From IMG/VR virus record IMGVR_UViG_3300021438_000016, positions 1-61,337 of that record: a stretch of 61,337 nucleotides of DNA; one strand, written 5' to 3'. Under the pieces are notes generated by a model. It had not been told where the DNA came from. It did not search any database and saw nothing but the letters and a program-made list of their open reading frames with translations. A program made the translations under genes and the position numbers. Numbering within the stretch: the first letter of the stretch is position 1; each line of letters begins with the position of its first letter. Origin of the DNA: a virus. Its lineage: Duplodnaviria > Caudoviricetes. Positions 10,552-19,641 of this stretch are shown piece by piece.

Positions 10552-11571
10552 TTATTTCGGAGGCGTGGTCGTGCCGCTCAATTTATTAACAGCATCAGCA
10601 GCCGTACCCAAGGCACCAATACCAGTCAGTGCTCCACCAAGGATAGAGTTAGCTGGAGATGTGGGAGCGCCGTACTCATTTTCTGTAGTCATCGGATATT
10701 TACTAACAACACTGTTGAGCCAGTCGATCTGATTCTTCGGATAGTCCCGAGCTTCTTTCCACATGTCGTAATCAGATTTGAGACCTTCCTGTGTGATACC
10801 GCGCTGAGTAGCGCCAAGATCAGCTTCCTGCCTATTGGAAGCTAGTCCTAGTTGCTGTTGCTGATTACCAAACGTGCCTTGATCCCGTGCAACATCCCCG
10901 GCTTCTTTCAGGTAGTTGAGACCCTGCGTGGCACCAAACTGTCCGGACTGTTCTTTGGCTTTTAGCGCATCAAGCAGCCGGTTTTGGTCGGCGTTGTATT
11001 GGGATTGGGCAGCGGTAAACGCGGTGTCATACCCCTTGCCGGTGATGTCAGCTAGTTTGGTACCCAGATTACGCTGGGTTTCTGCATTATAAATAGCCTG
11101 TGCCCCACCACCATACGCACCAGACTTAATCAACTGCGCGTTGTTTTTCATCTGCTGTATGTCTGCCTGCCGCTTAGCCTCTTCAAGCTGTGGGTTCAGA
11201 ATTTTAGACAGATAGAGGTTCATGTACTGGTCAAGCGCAGCGGAATCAAACCCGTTACCAATACCCGTCGTATTAGACGTGAACGTCGTACCCGTATATG
11301 CAGGTTGTGTCATTGCAGACTTATACACGTCCTGCATATTGGTGGCAGCGTTACCCTGCGAAGCGTTGGGTTGAGTAAGCTGTTGAATCCCCGTGAACGC
11401 TTTGTTCTGGAGATCAGACGGACCGGCAACGGTCTGTCCACCGTAAACTTGGTATGGGTTTGAAGCTACATCGACCGCAGCGTTGACAATACCCCCGACA
11501 ACGGGAGCAGCCCAGTTTGATACGGTGCTTTCTCTTACACCTGTGGCGGTGGGTGCAACAGTGTCTGTCAT
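10552..11571 (-). CDS. Putative DNA-injection/pilot-like internal protein
   Basis: 339 aa, Gln/Ala/Gly-rich, GAYGG motif, hydrophobic C-terminal LGGALTGIGALG. Confidence 0.55.
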   Translation of the reverse strand: MTDTVAPTATGVRESTVSNWAAPVVGGIVNAAVDVASNPYQVYGGQTVAGPSDLQNKAFTGIQQLTQPNASQGNAATNMQDVYKSAMTQPAYTGTTFTSNTTGIGNGFDSAALDQYMNLYLSKILNPQLEEAKRQADIQQMKNNAQLIKSGAYGGGAQAIYNAETQRNLGTKLADITGKGYDTAFTAAQSQYNADQNRLLDALKAKEQSGQFGATQGLNYLKEAGDVARDQGTFGNQQQQLGLASNRQEADLGATQRGITQEGLKSDYDMWKEARDYPKNQIDWLNSVVSKYPMTTENEYGAPTSPANSILGGALTGIGALGTAADAVNKLSGTTTPPK

Positions 11572-11580
11572 GATACTTCC

Positions 11581-14127
11581 TTACTTCGGCGTAAATTTAG
11601 CCGGGTTGATCTGTTTGCCCTGCTTCTTAGTACCAGTGCGGGCGTGACGGATACGGTCCATCATGTCGTAGAGTTGTTTGGCACCAGCCTCAGAGTTGCC
11701 ATTACCCAAGTGCGACACCACATCAGCAGGGATCACGAACTCACCACCGCTAAGTTTCGCCGGTTGCTTGTTGTCAATGGTAGCAGGAATCTTGTCAGCC
11801 ATGCCATCTTCGGCGCTTTTGAGATAGTGCAGTCCACCACCTCCAGCGTACCCATCAATCCCACCACCTTCAGCACGTTTGACCGGCACGCCCTTGAGCG
11901 CGTTATAGACTTGGTTTTGCGTAAGCCCCAGACTGCCAGCTTGCATACCCATGGGGGCAACGGGTTTGGGACGACCGGCATAGCCAAGAAGCCCACCGAT
12001 TCCGGCAGCAGCTAGCGCTTTAGTCAGGTTGGGGTTGTCTTTAGCTAGTTTTATGAGCCTGTCGAGGACGGAGCCGCTTGAATTGGAATCTACGTTTACC
12101 GGGCTATTTGTTGTGGCATCAAGCGCGTTATCACCTGTGTAGGCGTTGCCTTCGTTGCCGTAGTTTTGAGCTATTTCTTCGGGGGTGCCAAAATACCCAC
12201 TCGCCCATCGTAAATCGTTCAGAGTATTAGCACCGTCATCAGTATAGCCAGATCCAGAGGGGATGAGGGAATCAAAGTCATACCCCCAGTCATACCCTCC
12301 AACATCGCCACCCTTGTCAAAATTAGTCTTCACTTCACCACCGTCCTTTAATCCTGTTTGAGTCCAACCGGCGGGAGGTGTCCAATTTCCGGTGGTATCT
12401 GTGTAGTACCGATTCGTCGCCTGATTAAAATACTGCTTTGGCGTAGGCGTAGGCGCAGGGGTAGTCATTGCCTGCGCCTGCTGGGATGTTATCGCCGGGA
12501 TAGCTGCCGGGGCCATCGTAGCCGGGGCCATTGTCCTATTTTCTGGCGTGTCATACCAGTCAAAGAACCTTACGCCACCCTTGCCACCAGTTCCCTGTGC
12601 CCCAGTCTGACGCCAATACCGCGCATCGGAAGTCGGCAGTGCTTGCAGTCCTCTAGCGTCTGTTGTGGTCAGCGCACCAACTTGAGAAGTGTCAAGTGTT
12701 TTAGTTTGTGACGTATCAAGCGCTTTAACTTGGGAAGTATCAAGTGTTTTAACTTGGGAAGTATCAAGCGCTTTAACTTGGGAGGTATCTACCGCGTTAA
12801 TTTGAGATGTGTTACCGCCACCGCCCCCTGTGATGTTACTGACAATAGCTCCAGTAAGTGCCCCAGTTAGCAAGCTCCCAATTGGGCTAGAAGTGAGCGC
12901 AGAAATTTGATTAGAAGTAAGAGTGTTTAGCGCGGTCGTCACATTTGTATCAGTACCCCCGCCACCTACGGTCGTATCAGTACCTCCGCCACCTACGGTC
13001 GTATCAGTACCTCCGCCACCTACGGTCGTATCAGTACCGAATAAATCACTTCTTGTTAGATCAACATTTGGATCTGATATGGCACTTAGGGCGTTTGGGT
13101 CATACCCGCCGGGATTCTCAATATTGTATAGAGCTTGCAATTGTTCGGGGGTTAGCAAGCTAAGATCTGGGGATACAGATCCCGGGCCCGTAGGAGATTG
13201 TGACCCGTAAAGACTATTTAATTCGTCCTCCGGAATATTTCCTATACTTGCACCGGGAATAAACATATTGGAAATTTGATTTCCAATACCACCAAGCGCA
13301 CCGATACCAGCCTGAACTCCTGAACCAACAGCGGCATTGAGTGCGCCAAGGCCAGCGGGTCCGCCTTTTAGTTGGTTGCTTAATTCACTAGACCCAATTT
13401 TGCCCGCTATATCCGCATACTGCCCCGGCACTCCAAGAGCTTCAGCAATGTTTCCAGCAGAAGTTGCGGATACGGGGTTAAAGTCAGCGCCGCGCAGGTT
13501 AGTTAAAAGGTCTGTACCTTGAGCTAACTCATTGATTCCATAAGGCACAACGCTGGCTAGCGCTTGTCCATATTTTCCGTGGGCTAAAGCGTCAGCGGCA
13601 CCGGCGGCGGCAAAAAACGGTTGGAAGGGAGAAGGGATAATCTTTCCCGCAGCCATAATGGCCTGACCAACCGCGTTATCACGCAGAAATCCATGAGCGC
13701 GAGGACTCCACTGAGGGTCAAAACTAACATTGCCGTTCTGATCAGCATTTAGGTGGAAAAAAATGTCCCCACCCTTCAGGCCATACTGGCCGTTCTGCAT
13801 GATACCAATTCGTTCTGGATTGATCGGCTGGTTGGTGGCTTTATTGATATAGGCGTTTGTGGTTGTTTCTGGCACCCATCGCGCCGCCTCATCAGTTCCT
13901 TCAAAGTGACCGGGAACGGGGACTTTTTGCACACCAATATCTTTTACGCTGGTAATCCCTTGCTTATTAAGACCTTCGGCAATGACTCGATTGCGTGGGT
14001 TGTCACCGCCAAGCTCTGTTAGCAGCGCAGAAAGATCTGGGGCTTTAGCAGCGGTAGCAGCGGTAGCAGCGGTAGCGGCTGGGGCGGCAGTGCCGTAATC
14101 CCCGGCTAAAAGATCTTCGTTAGTCAT
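11581..14127 (-). CDS. Putative internal virion protein with low-complexity repeats
   Basis: 848 aa. C-terminal DKIPATID...LSGGEFVIPADVVSHLGNG domain, several xxGG motifs, GGGGTDTTV and DTSQVKAL repeats. Confidence 0.6.
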   Translation of the reverse strand: MTNEDLLAGDYGTAAPAATAATAATAAKAPDLSALLTELGGDNPRNRVIAEGLNKQGITSVKDIGVQKVPVPGHFEGTDEAARWVPETTTNAYINKATNQPINPERIGIMQNGQYGLKGGDIFFHLNADQNGNVSFDPQWSPRAHGFLRDNAVGQAIMAAGKIIPSPFQPFFAAAGAADALAHGKYGQALASVVPYGINELAQGTDLLTNLRGADFNPVSATSAGNIAEALGVPGQYADIAGKIGSSELSNQLKGGPAGLGALNAAVGSGVQAGIGALGGIGNQISNMFIPGASIGNIPEDELNSLYGSQSPTGPGSVSPDLSLLTPEQLQALYNIENPGGYDPNALSAISDPNVDLTRSDLFGTDTTVGGGGTDTTVGGGGTDTTVGGGGTDTNVTTALNTLTSNQISALTSSPIGSLLTGALTGAIVSNITGGGGGNTSQINAVDTSQVKALDTSQVKTLDTSQVKALDTSQTKTLDTSQVGALTTTDARGLQALPTSDARYWRQTGAQGTGGKGGVRFFDWYDTPENRTMAPATMAPAAIPAITSQQAQAMTTPAPTPTPKQYFNQATNRYYTDTTGNWTPPAGWTQTGLKDGGEVKTNFDKGGDVGGYDWGYDFDSLIPSGSGYTDDGANTLNDLRWASGYFGTPEEIAQNYGNEGNAYTGDNALDATTNSPVNVDSNSSGSVLDRLIKLAKDNPNLTKALAAAGIGGLLGYAGRPKPVAPMGMQAGSLGLTQNQVYNALKGVPVKRAEGGGIDGYAGGGGLHYLKSAEDGMADKIPATIDNKQPAKLSGGEFVIPADVVSHLGNGNSEAGAKQLYDMMDRIRHARTGTKKQGKQINPAKFTPK
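12679..12789. repeat. 24-bp coding tandem repeat (~4.6 copies, DTSQVK(A/T)L)
   Basis: Units such as aacttgggaagtatcaagcgcttt. Confidence 0.9.
12947..13038. repeat. 27-bp coding tandem repeat (3.4 copies, GGGGTDTTV)
   Basis: gtatcagtacc(c/t)ccgccacctacggtc x3 plus a partial copy. Confidence 0.95.
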
Positions 14128-14130
14128 GGT

Positions 14131-15507
14131 TTACGCCGTCAAATCCCAAAATGACAAGGAACCGTAGCAGTCGCCTGCCGGTGTAGCAGAATCCACGGTA
14201 CGAATAACAAGGCTGATAATGTCGCTAACTCCGGCCAAAGACACTCCCGGTTGGAACGCCCAGTTATAACCAGACGGATCGACCAAAGGATTATTGCCGC
14301 CAGAACCAGAGGCAGTTACATAGTCAGTTTGGATAATTGATCCGCCAGTTGTTGCAGTGGCAGATACGTCATATTCCACGTTTGCATCAGCAGGCAACGC
14401 AGTCCAAGCCGCTCCAGTTAATGTTGGATTTTTAATTAAACTAACCTGATAACTCTGGCTGGTAATTGGAAGCACTTGAACACGCGCAGGAATAATAACT
14501 GCTCCGGGTCTGGTAGAAGCCAATCGAATAGAAACAATTGGAAGGTCTGTTAATCCAATAGCTGCAAGTTTAGTGGTTCTTTGAGCTACATACCCAATTG
14601 AATACTGTTCATAACCTCCTTCAGATACCACAGATGAACAGATTTGTTTTAGCGTGGCAGCTACAGCAACGGTCGAAGTGATCTCATAACGCACCGGCAA
14701 AGTTGCCGTTGTCATGTAGGTTGTGGTTATTTCGTTGGCGTTATTGAACGTGTGGCAGACAATATACTGCCCATTGATAATGAACCCGCACCGTACCGAT
14801 CCAACGCCCAACCATTCAAAGTCCATCCACAGAATCTGCGCCTTGGATGAATCAAGGGTATACCCTGATGCCCCGGTGCCGTCGAGCTTGTCGCCGTTCC
14901 AACTAGACTGATTAACAGTCCGTGCGTCACTGACCGAGCCGGTTACTTTAGAGCGCAGCACAAAAGAGTTTGTGCCATCAATGCGCTGGAAGAACACGCC
15001 GTTATCGGTGTTGAAGTACCCAACACGTTGCGTCAGGTTTAAACTTGAACTGCCGTCCATACAGAACGTGGCAAGAACAAGAAGCCCTTTACCGGGCTGA
15101 TATGGGAAAGACCGGAACGTCTGGCGTACAACTGATCCAACCCCGCCAGCAGTTACAGACATATCAAGCGCAGACTGATCTGTCTGATACGTAGTCGTAC
15201 CCGTTCCCGTGGTTGCAGTGTCAAACTGAGTATCAGCAGCGTAGCGTTGCTGGCTATCAAACAGGGTGTATGGCTGACTGACCCGCTGCCGCCCAAACGC
15301 ATCTAACGCCGTGGGAGGAAATGTAATGGGTACGGACGATCCAGAAGCCATTAGCTGCCCTAAAATCTTATCAAGCTGGTTAAAATACAGCCGCAGGACG
15401 TTGCTGTATTGATCAACAAATCGGGAATCGTAATTCTGCGGGGCAAGTGGTAGGTTTGGCGCGACGACCTGCGACAGATCATAATCTGTAGTGACGAAGT
15501 AACTCAA
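14131..15507 (-). CDS. Putative tail/virion structural protein
   Basis: 458 aa. N-terminal APNLPLAP...LRLYFNQLD segment followed by a beta-rich domain (DAFGRQRVSQPYTLFDS); coupled to the upstream tail gene. Confidence 0.55.
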   Translation of the reverse strand: MSYFVTTDYDLSQVVAPNLPLAPQNYDSRFVDQYSNVLRLYFNQLDKILGQLMASGSSVPITFPPTALDAFGRQRVSQPYTLFDSQQRYAADTQFDTATTGTGTTTYQTDQSALDMSVTAGGVGSVVRQTFRSFPYQPGKGLLVLATFCMDGSSSLNLTQRVGYFNTDNGVFFQRIDGTNSFVLRSKVTGSVSDARTVNQSSWNGDKLDGTGASGYTLDSSKAQILWMDFEWLGVGSVRCGFIINGQYIVCHTFNNANEITTTYMTTATLPVRYEITSTVAVAATLKQICSSVVSEGGYEQYSIGYVAQRTTKLAAIGLTDLPIVSIRLASTRPGAVIIPARVQVLPITSQSYQVSLIKNPTLTGAAWTALPADANVEYDVSATATTGGSIIQTDYVTASGSGGNNPLVDPSGYNWAFQPGVSLAGVSDIISLVIRTVDSATPAGDCYGSLSFWDLTA

Positions 15508-17366
15508 CGCCTGCCGTCCTGTCGGATGTCAATACGGGGGTATCCTAGCTGCCACTGAACCCCAAGGTCAGTCGATTCTACCTTTAAGATCATCTGACGC
15601 CCACGTACCCGGATGTAAACTTGCCCGGTGTATTGCTCAATTGGCACCCTTGCGGTACGGGTAATCGTAGCTTGGTCACTTCCGGCGACTGAAGTGGGGT
15701 CATTATAGCCCGACCCAGAGTTAGCCATTGGAATCAACGTCATAACAGCAGATGGGTTATCGACGGTTGACCCATCAAAAGTCATATCAGGCAGCATACG
15801 CCAGACAAAACCAAACCGGTCGCCATCGTCAATATCAAACTCAGATGAGGAGATATACGCGTCAATCGGCAGCGTCGTCTCGGTTTCTCCGTTATCGACC
15901 CCTTGTTCATGGTTGACAAGGTTGTAGCTGTATGTAGCCGCTATGGGATATTTACGCAGCCCGGAATCTAACCATGCGGTGCGAGCCATGGAGCCGTGAT
16001 ACCAGACCCCAATACCGCCTTTACCGTCATTCTCAATATAGTTATAAATAACGTACCGATCAATCGTCGTAGAGCCCGCTGAGCAATAGAACCACCAGAC
16101 TTCGTTAAACCCTTCGTTGGTGCTACAAAACACCTGCTGGTTTTGGTCAAGGTTGATGTCTTGGTAGATATACTTCCGCAGGTCGCAGTTAAGCGTGTTT
16201 ACACGACCGTCGTACACATAAAATTTATCAACCCCCATCCAGTACACCCGACCGGATGCAATCACCGCCGCGTTTGGGCTGATGATGGAGATGTTATCCC
16301 CAAGAAGCTGAGTGCTCCAAAACCCCGGAGGCCCGAGGTACTGCATGGAGTAAAGCGCGGAGTCCGTAAAGACAACCATCTCTTGCCGAGTCTGGACTAC
16401 CGTGACGATCTCTGACCCGTGAGAGAGCCTTGTGTAACTTGCTTGGCTGGCTTGCCCGGGAGTCCAGCTAGCGGCGTCTTCGTAGTTTGACCACCGGATG
16501 AGCATGGGATCTAGCGCGGTTTCTCCGTAGTTGTTGCACCCGAACGCAAACACGAACCGGTTTTCTGATACAAAAATAAAATTCTGTACCGTGGGAACGT
16601 CTGACGCGCCGGGAAGAGATGACAACAATACGCCTCTTGTACTGGTCCCGCCACTCCCATACCAGTAGTAAATTGGACCCCCGCGATACCCAAAGATAAG
16701 ATCTTCTCCGTAGTTGTTCTGAGACCATAACCGAAGAGATGAACTGGACGTGGCACCGATACCCCAAGCTCCTGCACCCCAAGCCCCTGCACCCCACCCA
16801 GTAAGCGGTAACTGAATAGCTGGCCCCGTGCTTATTTGATACGCAGCAGAAACGGCAGCGCCACCGGTTGCACCCGATGCGACAACAGAAGAAGTTGTAA
16901 TGGTGTAAGAGTTACTGCTTACGACTGTGATCTGGTATTCGGCGTTCAACAGCGTGGCATAGGTGCCGGTAACACCACTGAACGTAACAAAATCCCCAGT
17001 AGTGGCACCGTGTGATGCAGCGGTGACTGTGACGGTTGTTGTCCCGTTACCCGTAAACGGATTTGTGCCGAGTGTGGTTGTAGTACGCAACGGGGTAATG
17101 TCGTAATATACCCCGCCATTAGAAATGTAAAACTTGAGGTTGGTCCCCACCCCGATCAAGTTGGCAAACCCGAGTGTTACCCAATTCCACAGTGACCGGC
17201 AGATGCCAAGAAAAGTAGAGGAGGATATGCGCTGCCAGCCACCGATCTTCTCAGGCGTGCCTTGGCGAAACCGGACTTTCTCACTGTCGTACCAACCGTT
17301 CTCGTTGGCGTAACGCGTGTTTTCCTTATTTACACCGGGCCGAAGCTGAAGTTTCTTGAGTGGCAT
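15504..17366 (-). CDS. Tail nozzle/head-stabilisation-like protein
   Basis: 620 aa, beta-rich (LIRWS, YWMG, NEVWWFY) with WGAGAWG motif; lies just upstream of the internal protein genes. Confidence 0.6.
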   Translation of the reverse strand: MPLKKLQLRPGVNKENTRYANENGWYDSEKVRFRQGTPEKIGGWQRISSSTFLGICRSLWNWVTLGFANLIGVGTNLKFYISNGGVYYDITPLRTTTTLGTNPFTGNGTTTVTVTAASHGATTGDFVTFSGVTGTYATLLNAEYQITVVSSNSYTITTSSVVASGATGGAAVSAAYQISTGPAIQLPLTGWGAGAWGAGAWGIGATSSSSLRLWSQNNYGEDLIFGYRGGPIYYWYGSGGTSTRGVLLSSLPGASDVPTVQNFIFVSENRFVFAFGCNNYGETALDPMLIRWSNYEDAASWTPGQASQASYTRLSHGSEIVTVVQTRQEMVVFTDSALYSMQYLGPPGFWSTQLLGDNISIISPNAAVIASGRVYWMGVDKFYVYDGRVNTLNCDLRKYIYQDINLDQNQQVFCSTNEGFNEVWWFYCSAGSTTIDRYVIYNYIENDGKGGIGVWYHGSMARTAWLDSGLRKYPIAATYSYNLVNHEQGVDNGETETTLPIDAYISSSEFDIDDGDRFGFVWRMLPDMTFDGSTVDNPSAVMTLIPMANSGSGYNDPTSVAGSDQATITRTARVPIEQYTGQVYIRVRGRQMILKVESTDLGVQWQLGYPRIDIRQDGRR

Positions 17367-17803
17367 TATTTGCTCGCTACACCCTTATGCTTCTCAAAAG
17401 ACCTCATACCGCCGAAACCGAGGAGGCCAGCGAGAAGAGTCATGAGTTGCTCAACATCAAGATCCGGGGGCGGATGGAGATCTTTTGGAATAATATCCAT
17501 ACCTTGCCCAAAAGACCAGCCCCACTGCATCAGGGGGTAGCCGAGGAATTGGTAAGCGAGACCAAGCACCCCAACCCAACCAACAGCAGGACGCCAGCCA
17601 GAGACAAATACGCTACTAGACGCCGCTTCAATCTTATTGACATCCACCTGCGCGAGGTCTGTAGTCTGGTCAATGCGCTTTTCTTCAAGGTCGAGCTTGC
17701 GCTCTTCCAGCGCCATCTGGAGCTTCTCTTTGTCCGTTGTATATAAGTCGCCCGCAACTTTGCCAACGCTTTCAATTATCGACCCTATTCCGATTAGGTC
17801 CAT
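17366..17803 (-). CDS. Holin (3TM, GTA-holin-like)
   Basis: VNKIEA...FVSGWRPAVGWV...LLGFGGMRSFEKHKG signature; next to the endolysin. Confidence 0.85.
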   Translation of the reverse strand: MDLIGIGSIIESVGKVAGDLYTTDKEKLQMALEERKLDLEEKRIDQTTDLAQVDVNKIEAASSSVFVSGWRPAVGWVGVLGLAYQFLGYPLMQWGWSFGQGMDIIPKDLHPPPDLDVEQLMTLLAGLLGFGGMRSFEKHKGVASK

Positions 17804-18318
17804 TACTTGAGTCCGTTAAGGGTTCTGTTGAGCCAACCAAGCAGGAATTTGGATTGGGTTTTGTCTTTGTTGCAGATGTTGGCGTATCGGCTGATTTTGG
17901 CGAGCGCGTAGCTTGCAATGAAGTTCTGCGACGTGCAGCGGTTAAGCAGTTCAATAGTCTTCGGACCGATAGCGCCATCAGGAGTTGCTCCTGCTATCAA
18001 TTGAGCAAGTTTTATTGCAATACCCGGACCCGCGTTTACCGCGAAGTTAAAGATGTTTTCCGCAATAGCTTGGTCTGCAATCTCATCGCCTCTAACCAAA
18101 TTCCAATAATGTTGCCGATAAAAGTCACGAACCATAGGTGTAAGCGGTCCGCCAAACTCCTTGCGGTCAACCAAAGCCCAACCGGGCCATTGTGGATTTG
18201 GGTTGCGAGCGATGCCAGCATAGGTCATTCCTCCCCGGTCGCCCGGGATATTGGTCAGTTGGTAGCCGCCCTCGTCGGCAATCATTTTTTCAAATGCAGG
18301 GTTGAAATCAGCCATCAC
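17803..18318 (-). CDS. Endolysin, glycoside hydrolase family 108 with peptidoglycan-binding C-terminus
   Basis: EGGY...DRGGMTYAGI, FNFAVNAG, DGAIGPKT, FLLGWLNR. Confidence 0.9.
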   Translation of the reverse strand: MMADFNPAFEKMIADEGGYQLTNIPGDRGGMTYAGIARNPNPQWPGWALVDRKEFGGPLTPMVRDFYRQHYWNLVRGDEIADQAIAENIFNFAVNAGPGIAIKLAQLIAGATPDGAIGPKTIELLNRCTSQNFIASYALAKISRYANICNKDKTQSKFLLGWLNRTLNGLK

Positions 18319-18748
18319 TACCCCCGTACATCCTTATGTATTCGCTACGAAGAAACGTCACCTTCTTGCGCCCACTGTGTTTTCTAACCTTACCCAACGC
18401 GGGCGGGTTGTTCAGGTACTCGGCGGCGCGAATTAGCAGGTCCGGGCTGTCCTCAAAAACTCCTAGCGCCGTGTTACACCGCTTACACAACACCCCGCGT
18501 ACATCATCCGAGTCGTGGCAGTGGTCTACGGCAAACTTGTACTGCTTGAGCTTGAGGGGGTTGTCACAAATGGCGCAATTATACCCCTGAAGTTTCAACA
18601 GAAAGTCATAATCCGTGGGGGACAGTCCGAACCGATCAAGACGGTTTACATCAGATTTGCACGTGCTGCAAAGAAAATAGTCCTTCCGCCCGTGGGCAAT
18701 AAGGTCTTCTCGGAGGAACTCCCGTCGGCAAACCGCGCAAAATAGCAT
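18308..18748 (-). CDS. Endonuclease VII-like (probable homing) endonuclease
   Basis: QGYNCAIC...VDHCHDSDDVRGVLCKRCNTALG...LIRAAEYL. Confidence 0.85.
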   Translation of the reverse strand: MLFCAVCRREFLREDLIAHGRKDYFLCSTCKSDVNRLDRFGLSPTDYDFLLKLQGYNCAICDNPLKLKQYKFAVDHCHDSDDVRGVLCKRCNTALGVFEDSPDLLIRAAEYLNNPPALGKVRKHSGRKKVTFLRSEYIRMYGGSDG

Positions 18749-18750
18749 AT

Positions 18751-18776
18751 AAAAACCCCGGTGGGTCGCACCGGGG
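18751..18776 (-). terminator. Intrinsic terminator
   Basis: Minus strand CCCCGGTG-CGACC-CACCGGGG-TTTTT. Confidence 0.7.
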
Positions 18777-18783
18777 CCAAACC

Positions 18784-18999
18784 TTAGTTGTCGGTCTGTT
18801 CGTCTTCAGCTTCGGCTTCTGCGGATGCAACCGCGTCGGCAACATCAAAATATGCGTCAACCGTGGCCGAGAACATTTCGATCAGCGTGAACTGTCCAAC
18901 ACCATTCTCAGCAGCGACAGCGTAAGCAGCAGCGAACAGAGCCTGCAGGGCGTCAACCGGCTCCGAACCCTCAAGAACTTCAATGATCTGGTCTTTCAT
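18784..18999 (-). CDS. Small very acidic protein (71 aa)
   Basis: Start moved to MKDQII, which has an AAGGAG RBS; 16 D/E versus 1 K. Confidence 0.7.
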   Translation of the reverse strand: MKDQIIEVLEGSEPVDALQALFAAAYAVAAENGVGQFTLIEMFSATVDAYFDVADAVASAEAEAEDEQTDN

Positions 19000-19087
19000 G
19001 GAAAACTCCTTAATTGGCAAAGCGGAGGCAACTCCGGCAGGCAAGTAGCCCCCTCCAAAATCGTACAATTCGTACAAGACAGGGAAA

Positions 19088-19354
19088 TTACCTTGGCACC
19101 TTGGCTCGTTCTTCCATCAACTTGAGGCGGACTTGCAGGTCGTGGATGTCCCCGTAAATTTGTTCTTTTAGAACGTGCCTGCGTTCAGCACTGATAGGGC
19201 TATCCGTGGGAACACCCTCTTTGGTAATCAGGGCGGGCATCTGCCCTTCAATTTTAGTTAGACGTTCCGAAAAGCTATTTACCTGCCCCAGTAGCCACGC
19301 GAGTGCCATGACCACAATAGGGATAACAGCTTTGAGAACGTCAGACCAGTTCAT
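19088..19354 (-). CDS. Small membrane-anchored hypothetical protein
   Basis: N-terminal hydrophobic helix VIPIVVMALAWLLG. Confidence 0.6.
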   Translation of the reverse strand: MNWSDVLKAVIPIVVMALAWLLGQVNSFSERLTKIEGQMPALITKEGVPTDSPISAERRHVLKEQIYGDIHDLQVRLKLMEERAKVPR

Positions 19355-19365
19355 TTTAAATTTTA

Positions 19366-19641
19366 TTAGACGGGCATTGACCCGTTAAACATCCACGGCT
19401 TGATTGCACGGTTGGCAAACTCGATCTCTTCCGGCGTGGCATCGCGCACTACCCATGTCCGATACCAAATACCATCAACCTGCTCCGGCTGACCTGCCAC
19501 GCAGCGCTGCGTCTGGCAATCAAACTCCGGCATGTCCACCCATTCAACATGCGCGTAATCATCCATACCAGCAGGATCAATCTCAATATCCCCAATGTGG
19601 CGGGGGAACTCAAGAGTCGATAGTTTGATATATGAACTCAT
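19366..19641 (-). CDS. Putative tail-fibre-associated small protein
   Basis: 91 aa; PEQVDGIWYRTWVV motif; coupled to the upstream propeller gene. Confidence 0.5.
   Translation of the reverse strand: MSSYIKLSTLEFPRHIGDIEIDPAGMDDYAHVEWVDMPEFDCQTQRCVAGQPEQVDGIWYRTWVVRDATPEEIEFANRAIKPWMFNGSMPV

Noticed and set aside
12679-13038. CRISPR-like array
   Set aside because: Repeats are contiguous, in-frame and have no spacers; the Cas4-like gene at 59284 is an ordinary phage replication-cluster nuclease
14047-14079. 9-bp tandem repeat (AGCAGCGGT x3)
   Set aside because: Simple Ala/Thr low-complexity linker; no further signal
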